DNA of 59,088 nucleotides, taken from the IMG/VR virus record IMGVR_UViG_3300025869_002638, positions 1 through 59,088 of that record; one strand, written 5' to 3'. The position numbers and the translations under genes were made by a program. This document shows, one piece after another, positions 57,201 through 59,088 of the stretch (positions are counted from its first letter, which is position 1; the number at the start of each line of letters is the position of its first letter). The notes beneath the pieces were generated by a model. It was not told the DNA's origin, made no database searches, and saw nothing but the letters and a program-made list of their open reading frames with translations. This DNA comes from a virus (Duplodnaviria; Caudoviricetes).

Positions 57201-57620
57201 TAAAACCTGGGAGTCATAGTTGATAACATTAGGACTACGGGGATCCATGATCTCGGCGTTATACCAGATATTTGCATCCGGTCCAAAAATTGCTAATTTT
57301 TCTTGGTCGGATAATGAGTTTACGGCTTTCTCAAATACCGAAAAACCTTCATTAAAGGCATCAGCAAGAACACCTCTGCCGGCAAACTTATGCGCTAACT
57401 CAGTCGCATTCATTCCGCCCTCTTTTAGGTTTCCTTTATTGCGAGCAGATCTGGCTTCGTTGTCTTTTAGAGAATAAGATAAGAACAGGTTTTGCCCGTC
57501 TACCTTTTCTTCTGCATCTAGGTCACCCTCGGAGGCAGCCTCTAAAATTTCTTTCATTTTTTGGAAAGTAAGATCCCTATTATCATAGAGATGAGACATA
57601 TGTCCAGCAACACCACCCAT
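54255..57620 (-). CDS. Tri-domain protein: ligase-like nucleotidyltransferase (DUF6267-like), nuclease-like middle, cytidyltransferase-like HxGH domain
   Basis: N-terminal EEKVDGQN, NAEI, VEGVVF, YKFTG. Middle AGFVFEGFLAAL...IQDL...ISLK. C-terminal LFPGKFKPPHRGH...SAEDIR. Confidence 0.7.
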   Translation of the reverse strand: MGGVAGHMSHLYDNRDLTFQKMKEILEAASEGDLDAEEKVDGQNLFLSYSLKDNEARSARNKGNLKEGGMNATELAHKFAGRGVLADAFNEGFSVFEKAVNSLSDQEKLAIFGPDANIWYNAEIMDPRSPNVINYDSQVLKIHDAGHFEFDRETGKKHRENVGKNLQILDSKIEQLQDSTSEEDFDFVRRAVTTLEKLDNEVPLQRAVSQINSAIHAENLNDDATMGEYLYQRVLNGIDTDLPVELKEEITKYLLNLPGKLNLRVIKKGLSKENLADLVGIINNKKSILQQAVYPIEKAIHDFTVEVLKGIQSRFIVDSGSEITRLQTELATAVRAITEKGAEDPETMEIMQQHLNKIGDMTNINTPVEGVVFDYDGHTYKFTGNFAPLNQILGMFKYGRSPKLKKESKENNNLLERDSAPNLKREKAEKFVLSLPKFTPSEAWGDPESMERKQIQKIFDTVGGGATIEEKLNFLNDSITNPKGGITSTTRIISTLILMESLCAVIRSFNAASAGFVFEGFLAALFRGAQEAEVSEKGNLPIQDLIAFSELGEEGEYSVPISLKLLNQTTNIEGSYTNLIDALDEFGHMVYIVARKSDDKKHIVLEKFSFTRDNFVDAISLTAKGGRSKEQNLFMLPGYNTVEKSLNMLNSIQGDSNWDQKYELLKQTAGYRNRKKAADAPDDKVTVSDEMPDGPDVESEENPPATKENPPATKENPPVTKEKPGFEDKLAALRSKRASMKKGRRTENIILTVDANRQLLKEELLLESSQTQWAISPAQLKSIKTMVDYDKLGQLPISTEAVIDVAEGYIDLLHDELGTIFQATANLSENINEYFTYQDRSDAISSGNEAINNANTVSEEMAGQLEDKDPANVKESLIKEQKSRRIALFPGKFKPPHRGHLEAITNIADRSDVDEVRILISPRDYPEVSAKQSLAIWNKYLESAPNNIGVEIADYVSPVTATYEFLSDPTETQPGDTVLLVKSSKDEESGDSRFKGAKSWAERKNPGISVEEIVEDPIVDPAGIAYSAEDIRKLISSDKKEEFTSYLPSSVDADQIWSIVKPTSDLDREIDDVVDEISTMGGGAVSGFAGGFGPPNTYNPYQKRNTTKRPKVKRAKRQRRR
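55455..55520. repeat. 21-bp in-frame tandem repeat x3 (ENPPATK)
   Basis: Plus-strand unit TTCTTTAGTTGCTGGAGGATT three times with a single substitution; encodes ENPPATK-ENPPATK-ENPPVTK. Confidence 0.95.
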
Positions 57621-57860
57621 TTATTTGTCCTCGTTCAATACTCTTAATTGTTCTTCTAGGGAATTGACTTGCTCATTTAAAGATTTCATATGTCTTCTTA
57701 TACCACGAATATGCTCTTTTGCAAGGTTTAAACGATTGTTATCCCTTTTATTTGTTACCCTGATCGAGGAGACAATATCCGATAATGCTTGAATCGAAGC
57801 AGAGGGGTCAATCCTGAATTGTTCATTGAGTAAAAATTGTTTTGCTATTTTTCTGAGCAT
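57621..57860 (-). CDS. Small coiled-coil hypothetical protein
   Basis: Likely start MLRKIAK at 57860, just after the upstream stop; contains LxE sites. Confidence 0.6.
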   Translation of the reverse strand: MLRKIAKQFLLNEQFRIDPSASIQALSDIVSSIRVTNKRDNNRLNLAKEHIRGIRRHMKSLNEQVNSLEEQLRVLNEDK

Positions 57861-57861
57861 A

Positions 57862-58203
57862 TTATGTTTCCTCTGCAACTTGGAATAGGCTACCGCTTAT
57901 CGCCACCTTGAATCGCACTGCTTGTCCGGTTTCATTGTAGCCATGTAAATATAAATAGTTGTTAGAGCCGGTAATGTACAAATCACTACTAGCACTAATG
58001 GCGTTTGTTGTGGAATTATGAGTAAACGTCGGAATACCCTCGATACGATTAGACTCGCCTGTAGCCTTTAGAATGTATCCATCTACATTATTGGTGATAG
58101 TGAGTGACGACCCTCCGCCACCTGAGCCGCCGCTTCCTGAAACAAAGCCACCCATAGAGTTATTAATAGCCCCTAGGAGCCGCCTAGCACTATATTCTCT
58201 CAT
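57862..58203 (-). CDS. Small virion/fibre-like protein with Gly/Ser linker
   Basis: SGSGGSGGGGSS linker followed by ITNNVDGYILKATG and beta-type segments. Confidence 0.5.
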   Translation of the reverse strand: MREYSARRLLGAINNSMGGFVSGSGGSGGGGSSLTITNNVDGYILKATGESNRIEGIPTFTHNSTTNAISASSDLYITGSNNYLYLHGYNETGQAVRFKVAISGSLFQVAEET

Positions 58204-58688
58204 TCGGGAGAGTAGCCCAAACTTGGCTGTGTATTTTCTTTGGGATAGTACCTTAATACGTATCCAAATACATTCATAGAACTGTTGGTCCCAGTCGTGA
58301 CATACAGTTTAAGTGGATTATCTATATCTGTGCTTTTATGGGGCACACCGGGATAACAGAAGATAGGTCCGTTCTGGGCTGTGACGGCTGTTATAATTTT
58401 ATTTCCACCCACAGAAGTCAGGTCAAATGCACCTGCTGAACTTGTGGCGAAAGACATTGATAAATTCAAGTTAGATTGGGAATAATTTGAAACATATAAA
58501 TAAACTTCCTCAATAGCATTTGTATTAACTGGGAAAGTGTGAACAAGAGTCGCATTACCGACGCTCCCGGAAGGAACATAAATCGGAGCACCCGATGGAC
58601 TTTCCGACAAGGTAAACCTCGCTGATCCAATAGCGGTTTGATTCCAGTCTAGAGCCCGTGGGGCATCAAAAAAGTTTAATTCAGACAT
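58200..58688 (-). CDS. Hypothetical beta-rich protein (probable virion component)
   Basis: 162-aa ORF, ATGA-coupled to the next gene; jelly-roll-like composition. Confidence 0.5.
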   Translation of the reverse strand: MSELNFFDAPRALDWNQTAIGSARFTLSESPSGAPIYVPSGSVGNATLVHTFPVNTNAIEEVYLYVSNYSQSNLNLSMSFATSSAGAFDLTSVGGNKIITAVTAQNGPIFCYPGVPHKSTDIDNPLKLYVTTGTNSSMNVFGYVLRYYPKENTQPSLGYSPE

Positions 58689-58701
58689 TTTTTATCTCTC
58701 T

Positions 58702-59088
58702 CTATTTTCCAAAAACTTTATTAAGTTTAGATTTCATTTGTTCTATCCACACTTTGTCTATTTGGGTATTGGGAGATGGAATATTATTTTTTTCCCACAA
58801 TGTCATCTCGCCCATGGCAATAGATTTTTTCAAGAATACTTTTATAGCCACCAGTGGAGAAGAAAGTCCCACATTTTCAATCATTCGGTAGCCTGCGAAA
58901 ATAACTCCTATGAGTTTGTTATCGGAGTTTAGAATTGGTGAACCACTGGATCCTGGCTTAGTCGGTATAGTATAAATAGAATAACCCTTGGTGTGATACC
59001 CTGAGAATATCCCTTTAAATATCAAGACTGTGCCTGCCCAATACAGTCCATGTGGAGCCGCAAGATTAGTGACCAGCGACCCTCGGGG
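58702..59088 (-). CDS. Trypsin-like serine protease (C-terminal part; runs off right edge)
   Basis: Frame is open to the window edge (PRGSLVTNLAAPHG...). Catalytic Ser motif PGSSGSPILN...LIGV. Confidence 0.8.
   Translation of the reverse strand, partial: PRGSLVTNLAAPHGLYWAGTVLIFKGIFSGYHTKGYSIYTIPTKPGSSGSPILNSDNKLIGVIFAGYRMIENVGLSSPLVAIKVFLKKSIAMGEMTLWEKNNIPSPNTQIDKVWIEQMKSKLNKVFGK

Noticed and set aside
13527-57620. Inteins, introns or a DGR in the very long ORFs
   Set aside because: No C/S...HN-[CST] splice motifs, LAGLIDADG/HNH domains, reverse transcriptase or TR/VR pair was recognised by eye.
1315-58932. The short plus-strand ORFs and nested out-of-frame minus-strand ORFs in the track
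   Set aside because: They lie within or across longer minus-strand genes and show no recognisable motifs; treated as shadow ORFs.
1-59088. Stop-codon reassignment, as in some large phages
   Set aside because: Genes are full length and tightly packed in the standard code; TAA, TAG and TGA all end genes at junctions.

Overview
A 59 kb segment of a large tailed (myovirus-like, jumbo-type) bacteriophage genome. It is densely coded in the standard genetic code, and every credible gene is on the minus strand. In transcription order (right to left): trypsin-like protease (partial) and small virion-type proteins; a 1121-aa tri-domain protein (ligase-like KxDG domain, nuclease-like middle, HxGH nucleotidyltransferase); a complete one-piece tmRNA (tag ANDDFNMEMAA) with its own sigma70-type promoter and terminator; PIN-PhoH, a zincin-like protein and a Cas4/RecB-like nuclease; a ~13 kb glycan-building cluster (5 glycosyltransferase genes, 2 methyltransferase genes, AsnB-type amidotransferase, UDP-sugar dehydrogenase, epimerase) interrupted by an HTTM-like/DCC-family pair; a sigma-like factor; a ~33 kb baseplate/tail module (M23 peptidase, gp25-like and gp6-like wedge proteins, a 3311-aa LamG-bearing protein); then RuvC-like resolvase, HAD nucleotidase and DNA primase (partial). 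Best candidate for an undescribed system: a subset of structural proteins is heavily and selectively enriched in an [S/T]-G-S tripeptide and lies next to the glycan cluster, suggesting phage-encoded, sequon-directed virion O-glycosylation. This is inference. All calls come from reading motifs by eye; no database searches were run.
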